From an uncultured delta proteobacterium (GTDB lineage Bacteria; Myxococcota_A; Polyangia; Polyangiales; JAFGIB01): a DNA stretch of 64,000 nt. Made by a program: the position numbers and the translations under genes. Shown here one piece after another: positions 1 to 10,130 of the stretch. The notes beneath the pieces are model-generated. The model saw nothing but the letters and a program-made list of their open reading frames with translations, searched no databases and had not been told where the DNA came from. The DNA is taken from NCBI GenBank assembly GCA_963778655.1, contig CAVZVA010000010.1:1280001-1344000 (forward strand), read 5' to 3'. How positions within the stretch are numbered: position 1 is the first letter of the stretch; each line of letters opens with the position of its first letter.

Positions 1-1099
1 CCGTCAGGTTGAACAGCACCTGGCGCAGCCGGGTCTCGTCGCCGCGGATCATCCGCGGCGGCAGGTCGTCGAGCTGGGCCCGGAGGGTGAGGCCCTTCTC
101 GCTCGCCAGCACGCGCATCGGGCTGAGCACGCTCTCGATCAGCTGCGCCACGTCGAGGTCGACCGGGTGCAGGCGCAGCTCGCCGGCCTCGACCTTGGAC
201 ATGTCGAGCACGTCGTTGACGATCGCCAGCAAGGACTTGCCGGCGGTGAAGATCGTCTGCGCCATCTTGCGCTGCGCCTCGGGCAGCTTCTCTTCCAACA
301 GCAGCTCGGTCATGCCGAGCACGGCGTTCATGGGCGTGCGGATCTCGTGGCTGACGTTGGCCAGAAACGTGCCCTTGGCGTGGCTGGCCGCCTCGGCCCG
401 CGCGCTCTCTTCCTCGAGCTGGTGGGTGCGCGTGGCGAGCTCGGCGATCAGCTCGCGGGACATCGCGGTCGCGCGCTGGGCTTCGCGGCGCTGGCGCTCG
501 GCCGGACCGGCCGCCAGCGACAGATAGGCGTTCAGCACGTAGACGAACACCACCTTGGCCAGCTCCACGTTCAGGCTGAAGCCACGCCGTTCGACGAAGG
601 CCATGTACAGCACCAGCCCGCCGTGCAGCGCCGCGGTCCAGCTGGCGAAGGCGAACGCGCGCCTTCGGGAAGTCGCTAGCTGGTCGGCCACGCGCACGCA
701 AAGCAACGGGAGCAGCCAGCTCCGCTCGCCGCCCGAGACGTAGATCGCGAGCACGAACACCACCACGTCCGCGGCCAGGAAGAAGGTGCCGAGATCGAAG
801 CGCGCGTCCTCGCGATAGTAGCGCGCGAGCAGCAGCCAGCTCAGCAGCACGTAGCCGAGCTGCAACGCGCCGAACAGGAAGAGCGCCGGGGCGTCCAGCC
901 GGCCGAGCACCAGCCAGTTGTGGGCCACGATCGACAGGAACAGCCACACGCTGCCGAGCGCGCGCAGGCTCGGGACCGCCACCACCTCGCGCTGCCGCTT
1001 GCGGGCGGCGCGGTCACGCGCTTCCGCTTCTGGATCGTGCAAGAACCCGGCGCCCGGGCTGTGGCCCGGCGGGTTCGCGGAGCTGGCAAGGTCGAGCAC
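1..1099 (-). CDS. Membrane-bound sensor histidine kinase, probably hybrid type; 3' part runs off the window
   Basis: Manual minus-strand translation from GTG at 1099 (GGGAG upstream): several hydrophobic segments, then H-box [40 protein letters not shown] and [13 protein letters not shown]. Absent from the ORF track because no stop lies in the window. Confidence 0.9.
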   Translation of the reverse strand, partial: MLDLASSANPPGHSPGAGFLHDPEAEARDRAARKRQREVVAVPSLRALGSVWLFLSIVAHNWLVLGRLDAPALFLFGALQLGYVLLSWLLLARYYREDARFDLGTFFLAADVVVFVLAIYVSGGERSWLLPLLCVRVADQLATSRRRAFAFASWTAALHGGLVLYMAFVERRGFSLNVELAKVVFVYVLNAYLSLAAGPAERQRREAQRATAMSRELIAELATRTHQLEEESARAEAASHAKGTFLANVSHEIRTPMNAVLGMTELLLEEKLPEAQRKMAQTIFTAGKSLLAIVNDVLDMSKVEAGELRLHPVDLDVAQLIESVLSPMRVLASEKGLTLRAQLDDLPPRMIRGDETRLRQVLFNLT

Positions 1100-1448
1100 G
1101 CGGTCTCCCGGTGAGCTTCTGCGGCCAACAGATTCTAGCCCAACTGGCGCCGCGCGGGCGCTAGCGCCGGCCGCGCGAAGTGCGATTGCCGAGCGCGTCT
1201 TGCGTTCGATCGCGTGCGGCTTGACCAACCTTGGCGATGCGACAGGTCGGTCTATCGCTACGACGCACGCACACCTGCGACCGGGCGGCCCGCGGCCTGC
1301 GCCTCGCGGGTTCTCGCGACATCGGCTACAGTGGCGCCTGCGCACCGACCATGTCGGGACTCAACACGCAGGACGCGCGATGGGCAACCGCGTCATCGCA
1401 CAACTGGCAGCGGTTGGCGCGTGCGGCCCGTACACCAGGGAGCGCCGC

Positions 1449-3338
1449 ATGGCTGAGCACGAGAACCGGCACAGACGATCGCTGCAAGACAAGACGGGCT
1501 TCTGGGCCGAGGCCGCGGCCGAGCTGGCCTGGGAGAAGCCGTGGGCGCGGGTGCTCGATGAGACGCAGGCACCGCTCTACCGCTGGTTCAGCGGTGGCGC
1601 GCTCAATACCTGCTACAACGCGCTCGACCTGCACGTCGAGCAGGGGCGTGGGGCGCAGCGCGCGCTGGTGTACGACAGCCCGGTCACCGCGACCCAGCGC
1701 ACGCTCAGCTTCGCCGAGCTGCGCGATGAGGTGGCGCGTTTCGCAGGCGGGCTGCAGCGGCTCGGCGTGCGCAAGGGCGACCGCGTGCTCGTCTACATGC
1801 CGATGGTGCCCGAGGCGGTCGTGGGCATGCTCGCCTGCGCGCGGCTCGGCGCGATCCACTCGGTGGTGTTCGGAGGCTTCGCGGCCGCGGAGCTGGCCAA
1901 GCGCATCGAGGATGCGCGCCCGCGCGCGATCCTGTCGGCCTCGTGCGGGATCGAGCCGGGCCGCGTGATCGCGTACAAGCCGATGCTCGACCAGGCGATC
2001 GCGTTGTGCGAGGCGAAGCCCGAGCACTGCGTGATCTTGCAGCGCCCCCAGCTTGCGGCCGAGCTCGGGCCGCGCGATCTGGCGTGGGATGCGGTGGCCG
2101 ACGCCGATCCGGTTGGGTGCGCAACCGTGGCGGCCGAAGATCCGCTGTACATCCTCTACACCTCGGGCACGACCGGCGTGCCCAAGGGTGTGGTGCGCGA
2201 CAACGGAGGGCACGCCGTCGCGCTCAAGTGGAGCCTGCGCAATGTCTACGGCATGCGACCGGGCGAGGTGTTCTGGGCGGCCTCGGACATCGGCTGGGTG
2301 GTGGGCCACTCGTACATCGTGTACGCGCCGCTGCTGCTCGGCTGCACCACGATCCTGTACGAGGGCAAGCCGGTGGGCACGCCCGATGCCGGCGCGTTCT
2401 GGCGCGTGATCGCGGAGCACGGCGTGCACGTGCTGTTCACCGCGCCGACGGCGTTTCGGGCTATCCGCAAGGAGGACCCGGAGGCGAGGCTGCTCGCGCG
2501 GGCCGCGCTGCCGACGCTGCGCGCGCTGTTTCTGGCGGGCGAGCGCGCAGACCCGGCCACGATCGCTTGGGCGGAGGACAAGCTGCGCGTGCCGGTGATC
2601 GATCATTACTGGCAAACGGAGACCGGCTGGCCGGTGGCGTCCAACTGTCTCGGCATCGAAGCGCTGCCGGTCAAGCCGGGCTCGCCGACCAAGCCGGTGC
2701 CGGGCTTCGACGTGCGGGTGCTCGATCCGGAGGGGCGCGAGCTGCCGCGGGGCGAGACCGGCAACATCGTGCTCAAGCTGCCCCTGCCACCCGGTTGCTT
2801 GCCCACGTTGTGGCAGAACGATGAGGGCTACAAGCGCGCGTATCTGAGCCGCTACCCCGGCTACTACGAAACCGCGGATGCGGGCTTCGTCGACGAGGAC
2901 GGTTACCTGTTCGTGATGGCGCGCACCGACGACATCATCAACGTGGCCGGACACAGGCTCTCGACCGGCGGGATGGAAGAGATCCTGGCGTCGCATCGCG
3001 ATGTGGCCGAGTGCGCGGTGATTGGGATCGCGGATGCGCTCAAGGGGCAGCTGCCGCTGGGGCTGGCGGTGCTCAACGCCGGGGTCAGCCGCGACCCGCA
3101 GGAGATCGCGCGCGAGCTGGTTCTGCTGGTGCGCGAGAAGCTCGGCGCGGTGGCCGCGCTCAAGCAGGTGCTGATCGTGAAGCGGCTGCCCAAGACGCGC
3201 TCGGGCAAGGTGCTCCGCAAGACCATGCGCAAGATCGCCGACGGCGAGAGCTACGCGACGCCAGCGACGATCGACGATCCGGCGGTGCTCGAGGAGATCA
3301 GCGCGTCGCTCGGCGCGGCGGGCTACCCGCAGGGGTGA
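1449..3338 (+). CDS. prpE: Propionyl-CoA synthetase / acetate-CoA ligase family
   Basis: YILYTSGTTGVPKGVVRDNGGHAVAL, FWAASDIGWVVGHSYIVY, DHYWQTETG, LPKTRSGK; ATG at 1449 after GGGAG. Confidence 0.88.
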   Translation: MAEHENRHRRSLQDKTGFWAEAAAELAWEKPWARVLDETQAPLYRWFSGGALNTCYNALDLHVEQGRGAQRALVYDSPVTATQRTLSFAELRDEVARFAGGLQRLGVRKGDRVLVYMPMVPEAVVGMLACARLGAIHSVVFGGFAAAELAKRIEDARPRAILSASCGIEPGRVIAYKPMLDQAIALCEAKPEHCVILQRPQLAAELGPRDLAWDAVADADPVGCATVAAEDPLYILYTSGTTGVPKGVVRDNGGHAVALKWSLRNVYGMRPGEVFWAASDIGWVVGHSYIVYAPLLLGCTTILYEGKPVGTPDAGAFWRVIAEHGVHVLFTAPTAFRAIRKEDPEARLLARAALPTLRALFLAGERADPATIAWAEDKLRVPVIDHYWQTETGWPVASNCLGIEALPVKPGSPTKPVPGFDVRVLDPEGRELPRGETGNIVLKLPLPPGCLPTLWQNDEGYKRAYLSRYPGYYETADAGFVDEDGYLFVMARTDDIINVAGHRLSTGGMEEILASHRDVAECAVIGIADALKGQLPLGLAVLNAGVSRDPQEIARELVLLVREKLGAVAALKQVLIVKRLPKTRSGKVLRKTMRKIADGESYATPATIDDPAVLEEISASLGAAGYPQG

Positions 3339-3508
3339 GCGGGTGAGCCGGCCGCCGGATCGGGTCGGGCGTGGCGCGGCAAGAGCAGGAGGCCGGCGAG
3401 GCCGTCCCAGCACGCCGGTGGTTGTCTTCGCCGTTTGAATCGAGCACGATCGTGCGGGCGCAGCGCGCGTGGTCGCTGCACGGGCGGGCGATCCGCAAGG
3501 GGGAGGTC

Positions 3509-5704
3509 ATGAGAAGCTGGGGGCTGGTTTCTGGCTTGGCGATGGCGCTCTGTGCTGCCTGCACGACGACCCACGCCAAGTCGTCCGCCGCCGACGCGGG
3601 TAGCTTGGCCGGCGACGGCGGGCCGGCCGCGCGCAACGGAGGTCGTCCCGGCATGCTGCCCAAGGATGCGCCGGCCTGCCTCGTGTCGGAGGCGACGTCG
3701 GAGCTCAACCTGAGCGATACCGACAAGCTCGATCTGCTGTTCGTGATCGACGACTCGGACTCCATGGCGGGCAAACAGGCCTTGCTGCGCGCACAGTTTC
3801 CGCACCTGATCAGCGTGTTGTCGAGCGGCGACAATGGCGCGTTCGCACCGGTCAAGAGCATGCACCTGGGCGTCGTCACCAGCGACATGGGCTTGCCCGG
3901 TGTAAGCGGCGTCCCAGCCTGCAGCGGCCTTGGTCGGGACGGCTTGCTGCAGAATCAGCCGGGTGCGTCGGCGGGCTGTCAGCCGAGCTACCCGCCGTTT
4001 CTGAGCTTCGACGCCGGTCTGAACGACCCCATGCAAAGCGCGCAGGATTTCGGGTGCGTCGAGCAGGTCGGTACCGCCGGGTGCGGCTTCGTGCATCCGC
4101 TCGAGGCCGCGCTCAAGGCGTTGTGGCCCTCGGTCGATCCCATGCCCACGCCGAGCGGCATTAACCGTATCGAGTTCTTGACCGATCCGGCCAACAACTC
4201 GGGCTTGCTCGGGCACGGCGACGTCGAGAATGCAGGCTTCCTGCGCAACGATCCCGTGCAAGGGTTGTCTCTGATCGCGGTCGTCGTGCTCAGCGATCAG
4301 GATGACTGCTCGGCTTCGGACCCACGGCACTTCACCCCGCCCGAGTCTCTCGCACCTGACGACCCGCTCCGGATGCAGGGCATGAACCTGCGCTGTGCCC
4401 TCAATCAGCAGGCGCTATATCCGGTACAACGTTACGTCAACGGCTTGAAAGCGCTACGCCCCGGCGACGAGAGGCTGGTGGCTTTCGCGGCGATCGCCGG
4501 CGTGCCTCCCGATCTCACCTCGCCCGCGACGCTGGCCGCGACCGACTTCTCGGATCCCGCCCAGCGCGCGCGCTTCTACGACGCCATCCTGAGCGATCCG
4601 CAGATGAAACCAACGGTGGACGACCGCGGCACCGCCGACCCGAGCGATGACCGGCTCGTACGCTCGTGCGTGCTCGATGCCGACCTCGCGGCCCAGAATC
4701 AGGGGCTGCTCGGTGCCGCGGAGCCGCCGGTGCGCATCGTGCAGGTGGCCCAGGGGTTCGGGGAGAACGCGATGGTGCAGTCGATCTGCGAGCCTGACTA
4801 CGGTCCCGCAGTCGATGCGATCGCGACCATGATCGGCAAGCAGCTCGGTGCCGCTTGCTTGCCGCGGGCGTTGCAGCGCAACGCGGACGGGCTCTTGGGG
4901 TGCAGCGTGCTGTGGGAGCTGCCGCGGCCCGGCGTGGCGCCGAGCAGCACGCCGACGGCCTGCCATCAGGCGGGTTTTTCGTTCCTGCTCGACCCGGAGC
5001 CGGGAACTGCAACCGCGAGCGATCGCGGCGGCGCGATCTGTCGGGTGGCGCAACTGGCGGTGCACGACGACTCCACTGCGGCCGGGGGCAAGCGCACGGT
5101 CGCCACGACCACCGACGGCGTGAGCTTCAGCGAAGGCTGGTTCTACGATGACTTCTCGGATGCCGCGACGCAGGACTGCGCCGGCCCGTCCAAGCAGCGC
5201 ATCGCGTTCACCAGCATGGCCAAGCCGCCGATCGGGGTGATGGTCAAGCTGGTGTGCGTGAACGCGCTGCATCCGCCGGCGACGAACGCTGCTGATGACG
5301 CGAACAGCTGCAGCGCGGGCTCCAAGGCCGCTTCTGCGGAGCACGTGGGCAGTCCCTGCACGCCCGATGCCGTGCCCGCGACGGGTTTCGACGATCAAGA
5401 GGTCTACCTGGGAACGGCCGACAGCGAGTGCGGCGGCGGCGTCTGTCTGGTCTACCGCCTGCGCGGCGATCCGAGCCCGAGCTGTATGCCGAGCCCCGGA
5501 GCCACGCCGGGCGACACGGTCGTGTGTGCGTCGCCGGGCGACGTGCAAGATCGCGTGTACTGCAGCTGCCGTTGCAATGCCCCCGACGGCTACGCCGAGT
5601 GCGCCTGTCCCGACGGCTTCACCTGCGTAAATGGCCTCGACCAGGGCAGCCCCGATTTCCGCGGCGGCTACTGCGTGAGAAACGGGACGTTTGTCGCGCC
5701 GTGA
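3509..5704 (+). CDS. Myxobacterial vWA-domain lipoprotein with C-terminal Cys-rich (CglC-like) domain
   Basis: GGAGG RBS; lipobox MALCAAC; MIDAS-like DLLFVIDDSDSM; Cys-rich tail VGSPCTP...CLVYRLRG...YCSCRC...GGYCV. Confidence 0.75.
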   Translation: MRSWGLVSGLAMALCAACTTTHAKSSAADAGSLAGDGGPAARNGGRPGMLPKDAPACLVSEATSELNLSDTDKLDLLFVIDDSDSMAGKQALLRAQFPHLISVLSSGDNGAFAPVKSMHLGVVTSDMGLPGVSGVPACSGLGRDGLLQNQPGASAGCQPSYPPFLSFDAGLNDPMQSAQDFGCVEQVGTAGCGFVHPLEAALKALWPSVDPMPTPSGINRIEFLTDPANNSGLLGHGDVENAGFLRNDPVQGLSLIAVVVLSDQDDCSASDPRHFTPPESLAPDDPLRMQGMNLRCALNQQALYPVQRYVNGLKALRPGDERLVAFAAIAGVPPDLTSPATLAATDFSDPAQRARFYDAILSDPQMKPTVDDRGTADPSDDRLVRSCVLDADLAAQNQGLLGAAEPPVRIVQVAQGFGENAMVQSICEPDYGPAVDAIATMIGKQLGAACLPRALQRNADGLLGCSVLWELPRPGVAPSSTPTACHQAGFSFLLDPEPGTATASDRGGAICRVAQLAVHDDSTAAGGKRTVATTTDGVSFSEGWFYDDFSDAATQDCAGPSKQRIAFTSMAKPPIGVMVKLVCVNALHPPATNAADDANSCSAGSKAASAEHVGSPCTPDAVPATGFDDQEVYLGTADSECGGGVCLVYRLRGDPSPSCMPSPGATPGDTVVCASPGDVQDRVYCSCRCNAPDGYAECACPDGFTCVNGLDQGSPDFRGGYCVRNGTFVAP

Positions 5705-5854
5705 GGCGTTTTGCGTTCTGCCGGCCGAGCCGCGAACCCAGCGTCGGATGCACTGGCCGGGCAGAGCGGCCCCGCCGGCCCACTCGGCTAGAGGATCTAG
5801 ACAGAAACTGTAGGTTGGGCCGACGAAACAGGCCGAAACCCGCGGGTTCACGAA

Positions 5855-5874
5855 GTATAGACGAGCGTATATAT
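5855..5874. promoter_or_regulatory. Imperfect AT-rich palindrome, candidate vapBC operator/promoter
   Basis: TATAGAC-GAGC-GTATATA (6/7 inverted match) in a GC-rich context directly upstream of the antitoxin. Confidence 0.5.
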
Positions 5875-5881
5875 TTCGAGG

Positions 5882-6121
5882 ACGGCTGAGCGGGCGAAGA
5901 TTTTTCAGAACGGGGGAAGCCAAGCTGTGCGTCTCCCCAAATCCTGCCGTTTTTCGGACGACCAGGACGAGGTTCTCGTTCACCGGGTCGGCCGGCGCGT
6001 GATCCTTGAACCGGCAGACGAGTGGTCCAAGGAATTCCTGGCGTGTTTGGGAGCTTGGTCCGACGAGAACGAGAGGCCAACGTCACGCCGCGTCTCGAAG
6101 CTCAAGGATCCCTTCGAGTGA
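5882..6121 (+). CDS. vapB: VapB antitoxin (AbrB/MazE/SpoVT fold); expected start codon reads ACG
   Basis: AERAKIFQNGGSQAVRLPKSCRF...VILEP; GTGA overlap with the toxin gene; in-frame TAG at 5858 and no ATG/GTG/TTG before the conserved N-terminus. Confidence 0.8.
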   Translation, partial: TAERAKIFQNGGSQAVRLPKSCRFSDDQDEVLVHRVGRRVILEPADEWSKEFLACLGAWSDENERPTSRRVSKLKDPFE

Positions 6122-6726
6122 CAGCCCGGTTCCTTCTCGACACCGACAGCGTGAGCTTCGCCCTGCGCGGGCAGGGGCGCGTGGCTCAACGCATCGTGGA
6201 ATGTCGGCCGTCTGAGCTCGCGATCAGCTCGATCACTTTGGCGGAACTGAAGTACGGGGCCGAGCGCCGCAGCTCTCGGAAGCTGCACCACCTGATCGAC
6301 GTGTTCACCGGCGACGTAGCGGTCCTGCCCTTCGACGAGGCAAGTGCCGCGAGTTTCGGGAAACTCGCCAGTGAGCTCGTGGCGCGCGGCACGCCGATCG
6401 GCGACTTTGACACGCTGATCGCCGCGCATGCGATACAACTCGGCCTCATATTGGTCACCAACGATCTTCAAGACTGCGGCGGCACAGCTCGGCCAATGAA
6501 ATGCCGCGCCGCCGCGCCACAAGCTTCGCGCGACAGCGCATCAGTAAAGAGCGCTGGGCCGTGTGTTGGTGGCGGTGGACGGCGCTACCGAAGGCCGATG
6601 AAGGCGAGATGCGGTGGTTGGCTGGCCCGTGAAGGCTCGAACCGCTCGCGGGTCAGACCGCAGCTTGTGCCGAGCGTTACTTCGTGCCGAAGATCCTGTC
6701 GCCGGCGTCGCCGAGCCCTGGGATGA
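6118..6726 (+). CDS. vapC: VapC PIN-domain toxin with aberrant C-terminus (homology ends near 6470; possible pseudogene)
   Basis: [40 protein letters not shown]; the usual ending (FxRVxGLxxENW) is missing and the frame reads on into the end of upp. Confidence 0.75.
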   Translation: MTARFLLDTDSVSFALRGQGRVAQRIVECRPSELAISSITLAELKYGAERRSSRKLHHLIDVFTGDVAVLPFDEASAASFGKLASELVARGTPIGDFDTLIAAHAIQLGLILVTNDLQDCGGTARPMKCRAAAPQASRDSASVKSAGPCVGGGGRRYRRPMKARCGGWLAREGSNRSRVRPQLVPSVTSCRRSCRRRRRALG

Positions 6727-7303
6727 TGTACGCGTTTTCGTCGAGGTGGCTGTCGATTGCGGCCGTCCAACAGCGCACGTCGGGGTGGGCTGCTTCGAGC
6801 GCGCGGATGCCTTCGGGCGCGGCGACGAAGACCAGGGCGCGCACGTCGCGGCAGCCGCGAGCCTTCAACAGCGCGATGGTCGCGAGCATCGATCCCGCGG
6901 TGGCGAGCATCGGGTCCACGATCAACGCCGTGCGCTGCTCGAGGTGCCCGACGAACTTCTGGAAATATTGCTCCGCCCGCAGGGTCTGGTGGTTGCGCGA
7001 GACGCCGACCATGCTGACCTTGGCGTTGGGCACCATCGTCAGCACGCCGTCCAGCATGCCCAGCCCGGCGCGCAAGATCGGCACGACCGTGATCTTGCGC
7101 CCGGCGATCTGATCGATCTCGATCGGGCCGCTCCAGCACTTGATCGTCTGTTTCTCGAGTGGGAGGTCGGCGGTGGCTTCGTAGGCCAACAGTGCCGCCA
7201 GCTCCGCGGTCAGCTCGCGGAACTTCTTGGTCGAGATGTCGGCCTCACGCAGCAGGCCGACCTTGTGTTTGACCAGAGGATGGTGGACTTGGATGACCGG
7301 CAT
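6677..7303 (-). CDS. upp: Uracil phosphoribosyltransferase
   Basis: [50 protein letters not shown]; 208 aa. Confidence 0.97.
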   Translation of the reverse strand: MPVIQVHHPLVKHKVGLLREADISTKKFRELTAELAALLAYEATADLPLEKQTIKCWSGPIEIDQIAGRKITVVPILRAGLGMLDGVLTMVPNAKVSMVGVSRNHQTLRAEQYFQKFVGHLEQRTALIVDPMLATAGSMLATIALLKARGCRDVRALVFVAAPEGIRALEAAHPDVRCWTAAIDSHLDENAYIIPGLGDAGDRIFGTK

Positions 7304-7437
7304 CGGGCCGAGTCTAGCGCAGACCGCCGGGCTCGGCGTTTGGAAGCCAAGAACGTGCTGCGCGGCGTGCGGAGCTCGGGGTCCGGGGCTGCGCGGACGC
7401 CGCGACGGGTCGACTGGGCGCGGGGGAGAGGAACAAC

Positions 7438-7636
7438 GTGCTGGGGCGGTCTCGGGGGTCCGGGGTGAGGCACGGGCGGGTTGCACTTGCGCCGGTTGAG
7501 GCAAGACCTGCGAGCGCATCCCGCGACGCGCAACCCGCCCTCGGACGCGCGCGCCAAGCGGGCGTAGCCCGCAGGCGCTTGTCACGCGCGTACGCCCTCA
7601 CCCCGAACCCGCGCCCCCACGCGGCCGTCCGAGCAC
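7438..7636. repeat. Structured dispersed non-coding repeat, copy 1 (REP/MITE-like or ncRNA)
   Basis: Core 7472-7605 matches 40283-40416 ungapped, 120/134 identical by manual count; nested inverted repeats. Confidence 0.85.
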
Positions 7637-7700
7637 CATACTGTGCCACTCGCCCGCCGTCGCCGTTTTGCCCGCGCTCCCTTCGCGCTAGGCTCCGGGC

Positions 7701-8999
7701 GTGCGAAGCCTCACCACCGCGCGCAGCCTCGTCGTCCTCGCCGCGCTCGCTTGTGCCGCGTGCGGTGGCGGCTCCTCCTCGTCTGCCGCCGACGCCGGCG
7801 CCACCGCCAAGCCGCCGAGCTGCAAGCCCATGCCTGGGCGTTGCGATGCGTTCACCGAGGAGCGGCCGTTGCCGCTCAGCGAGCACGCGGCCGTGTATGA
7901 CCCCGAGCGGCTCGAGCTGGTGCTGTTCGGCGGCACCGACAGCATTCCGGCCAATTGCAGCATCGGCGGCCCCACGCGCTACCTGTTCAACACCTGGATC
8001 TACGACGACGTCTGCGGCAAGTGGCTGCGCGTGCTCGGCCAGACCCCGAGCCCCAGCGGCCGCCACATGGCCGCCTTCGGCGACGGACAGATGTGGGTCT
8101 TCGGCGGCCGCTTCCGCGACGCCAAGCAGGCCAGCGGCCCCTACCAGATCTACAACGACCTCGCGCGCTTCGACGTGGCCGCGCGCAAGTGGCACGCCGT
8201 CGACGTCTCAGGCGACGCACCCGCGCCACGCACCAGCGGCGCGCTGGTGTGGGACGACCGGCGCCACCTGCTGTGGCTCTTCGGCGGCAACCTCAGCGCC
8301 GATGGCGCCATCTACCTGCCGACCGCCGACGTGTGGAGCTTCGATCCGGCCAAGTCCAGCTGGAGCGAGCGCCAGCCCGACGGCACTGCTCCCGCCGCGC
8401 GCCTGTTTCACGCCGCGCTTTACGACCACGCGCGCGACGCCATGATCGTCTACGGCGGCGCCGACGCCAGCGCGCTCTCCCCCAGCGCCCAGGACTTCGG
8501 CGACGTGTGGGCGCTGTGGCTCAAGGACCTGCGCTGGGAACGCCTGCACCCCGGTGGTCGGGGCGCGCCCGAGGGCCGCTTCTGGGCCGGCCTCGCGCTC
8601 GACTCCAGCAGCGGAACCTATCTGCTGTTTGGCGGCCATGACGACCAGCAGCTCGGCAACCGCAACGACACCTGGCGCTTCGACCCCGACGCACGCAGCT
8701 GGCAGCGCATCGCCGAGGGGGACACCTTTAACAAGCCCGCCAACGGCACCTGCAACTTCCCGCCCGACTTCACCACCATCGATCCCGAGGCACCCGAGCG
8801 GCGCAGCGCACACACCCTGGTGTGGTCGCCCGCGTGCGGGCACGCCCTGCTCTTCGGCGGCAAGACCGATTGCGGCGCCGTCGACGACGTCTGGAGCTTC
8901 GACGGCGAGCGCTGGCAAAACCGCTTGCAGGCGACAGCGGGCGAAGCCTGCCTGCGTGCGGCGTCCGACCCCGCGCAGTGCAGCGGCCTGTGCATGTGA
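7701..8999 (+). CDS. Kelch-repeat beta-propeller lipoprotein
   Basis: Lipobox LACAAC; repeated LFGG/VFGG/VYGG...W units. Confidence 0.85.
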   Translation: MRSLTTARSLVVLAALACAACGGGSSSSAADAGATAKPPSCKPMPGRCDAFTEERPLPLSEHAAVYDPERLELVLFGGTDSIPANCSIGGPTRYLFNTWIYDDVCGKWLRVLGQTPSPSGRHMAAFGDGQMWVFGGRFRDAKQASGPYQIYNDLARFDVAARKWHAVDVSGDAPAPRTSGALVWDDRRHLLWLFGGNLSADGAIYLPTADVWSFDPAKSSWSERQPDGTAPAARLFHAALYDHARDAMIVYGGADASALSPSAQDFGDVWALWLKDLRWERLHPGGRGAPEGRFWAGLALDSSSGTYLLFGGHDDQQLGNRNDTWRFDPDARSWQRIAEGDTFNKPANGTCNFPPDFTTIDPEAPERRSAHTLVWSPACGHALLFGGKTDCGAVDDVWSFDGERWQNRLQATAGEACLRAASDPAQCSGLCM

Positions 9000-9066
9000 A
9001 ACCGGCCCTGTGCCGGTGGAGAATTCCTGAGCCCGCGGCCGCAGCTCGTGCCAATCTAGTCTCGCC

Positions 9067-9726
9067 ATGGAGGAACAAGTGCACACCGAGGCTACACCCC
9101 ACGCCGAGCACGCCGGCGAGCCCGCAGCCGAGCTGCGTGCACGGATTCATGCCGAAACCGGCCGGCCGCAAGCCATCGCCGACCTGCTCGATTCGCTGCC
9201 CGAATCCCAGCGCGTCGCCGCGGTGCGCGCGCTCGGCCCGCGCGATCAGAAGCAGCTCTGGCAGCTGGTGGACGGCTTTGCCAGCGTGAGCCTCACCGAC
9301 ATGGTGCCGCCGCGCATTGCGGCGCTGACCCCGGTCGTGCACTACGGCAAGAACTCGATGCCCCTGTTCACGCTGTTCGAGAAGCGTTTCTATCGCCCCG
9401 CGGCCGAGGACCCGAACGCTCCGCGCGAGCTGTGCGGCGCGAACTTCCAGACCATCTCGTTCCTGACCGGCCCTGGCTACTACGTGGTCCGGCCGCACCC
9501 CAGCCGCGGCGGCGAGCTCGACGTCGACTACCGCAGTCTGCCGAGCAGCAAGCCCGAGGGTTGGCCCGCGATCGTGAGCAACGAGCGCGGGCTCAGCCGG
9601 CTGGTCTACGGCTTCATGGTCGACACGCTGCGTCGCGTCTCCGAGCACGTGACGATCGGCAGCGCGGCCCGTCACGGCAAGCCGATCGGCGCTTACTTCG
9701 TGCTGTGCAGGCAGGAGCTGCCGTGA
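9067..9726 (+). CDS. Hypothetical protein (GMC operon)
   Basis: Coding-like ORF; GTGA overlap with the next gene. Confidence 0.75.
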   Translation: MEEQVHTEATPHAEHAGEPAAELRARIHAETGRPQAIADLLDSLPESQRVAAVRALGPRDQKQLWQLVDGFASVSLTDMVPPRIAALTPVVHYGKNSMPLFTLFEKRFYRPAAEDPNAPRELCGANFQTISFLTGPGYYVVRPHPSRGGELDVDYRSLPSSKPEGWPAIVSNERGLSRLVYGFMVDTLRRVSEHVTIGSAARHGKPIGAYFVLCRQELP

Positions 9727-10130
9727 TCGCGTTGATCGCCGCGGCGATGCGCGACTTCATGCCAGCCACGGCGAGCTTGCCCGGAATCGCGGACACCGAC
9801 GTGCTCGGCTTCCTGCGCAGAATGCGCCGCGAGTCGGACCGGGCGTATTGGCTCGGCCTGGTCGTGGGCACGCTGGTCTACAATCTGACGCCGCTGCTCA
9901 CGCTGTATCTGCCGCTGCCCGCTGTGCTGCTGCCGGCGCGCCTGCGCGACGTGCATGCGCGCAAGATCGTCGACCACCGCAGCTACCTGATCCGCCAGGC
10001 GGTGTTTCTGGTGCGACTGTCCGCCGGCATGTGCTGGGGCGGCGATCCCGGCGTGCGGGCGCGTTTCGGGCTCGCGGCCTACGGCGAGGATCCGGGAACC
10101 TTCCGCACCCATGAGCCACATCGCGTTTGA
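9723..10130 (+). CDS. Small hydrophobic protein, possible accessory subunit of the GMC oxidoreductase
   Basis: GTG overlaps the upstream stop; central hydrophobic segment; overlaps the GMC start. Confidence 0.65.
   Translation: MIALIAAAMRDFMPATASLPGIADTDVLGFLRRMRRESDRAYWLGLVVGTLVYNLTPLLTLYLPLPAVLLPARLRDVHARKIVDHRSYLIRQAVFLVRLSAGMCWGGDPGVRARFGLAAYGEDPGTFRTHEPHRV

Noticed and set aside
918..1448. N-terminal extension of prpE; likewise the extended ORF starts for upp, tssA, tssB, DUF2169, vgrG1 and the beta-barrel
   Set aside because: Overlap other genes or intergenic DNA; RBS position and homology point to the downstream starts
7304..7700. Repeat element as a pyrimidine-responsive riboswitch (copies lie near upp and a pyrG-like gene)
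   Set aside because: Orientation relative to the two genes is opposite, no PyrR-type motif or U-tract terminator was seen, and two copies could be coincidence
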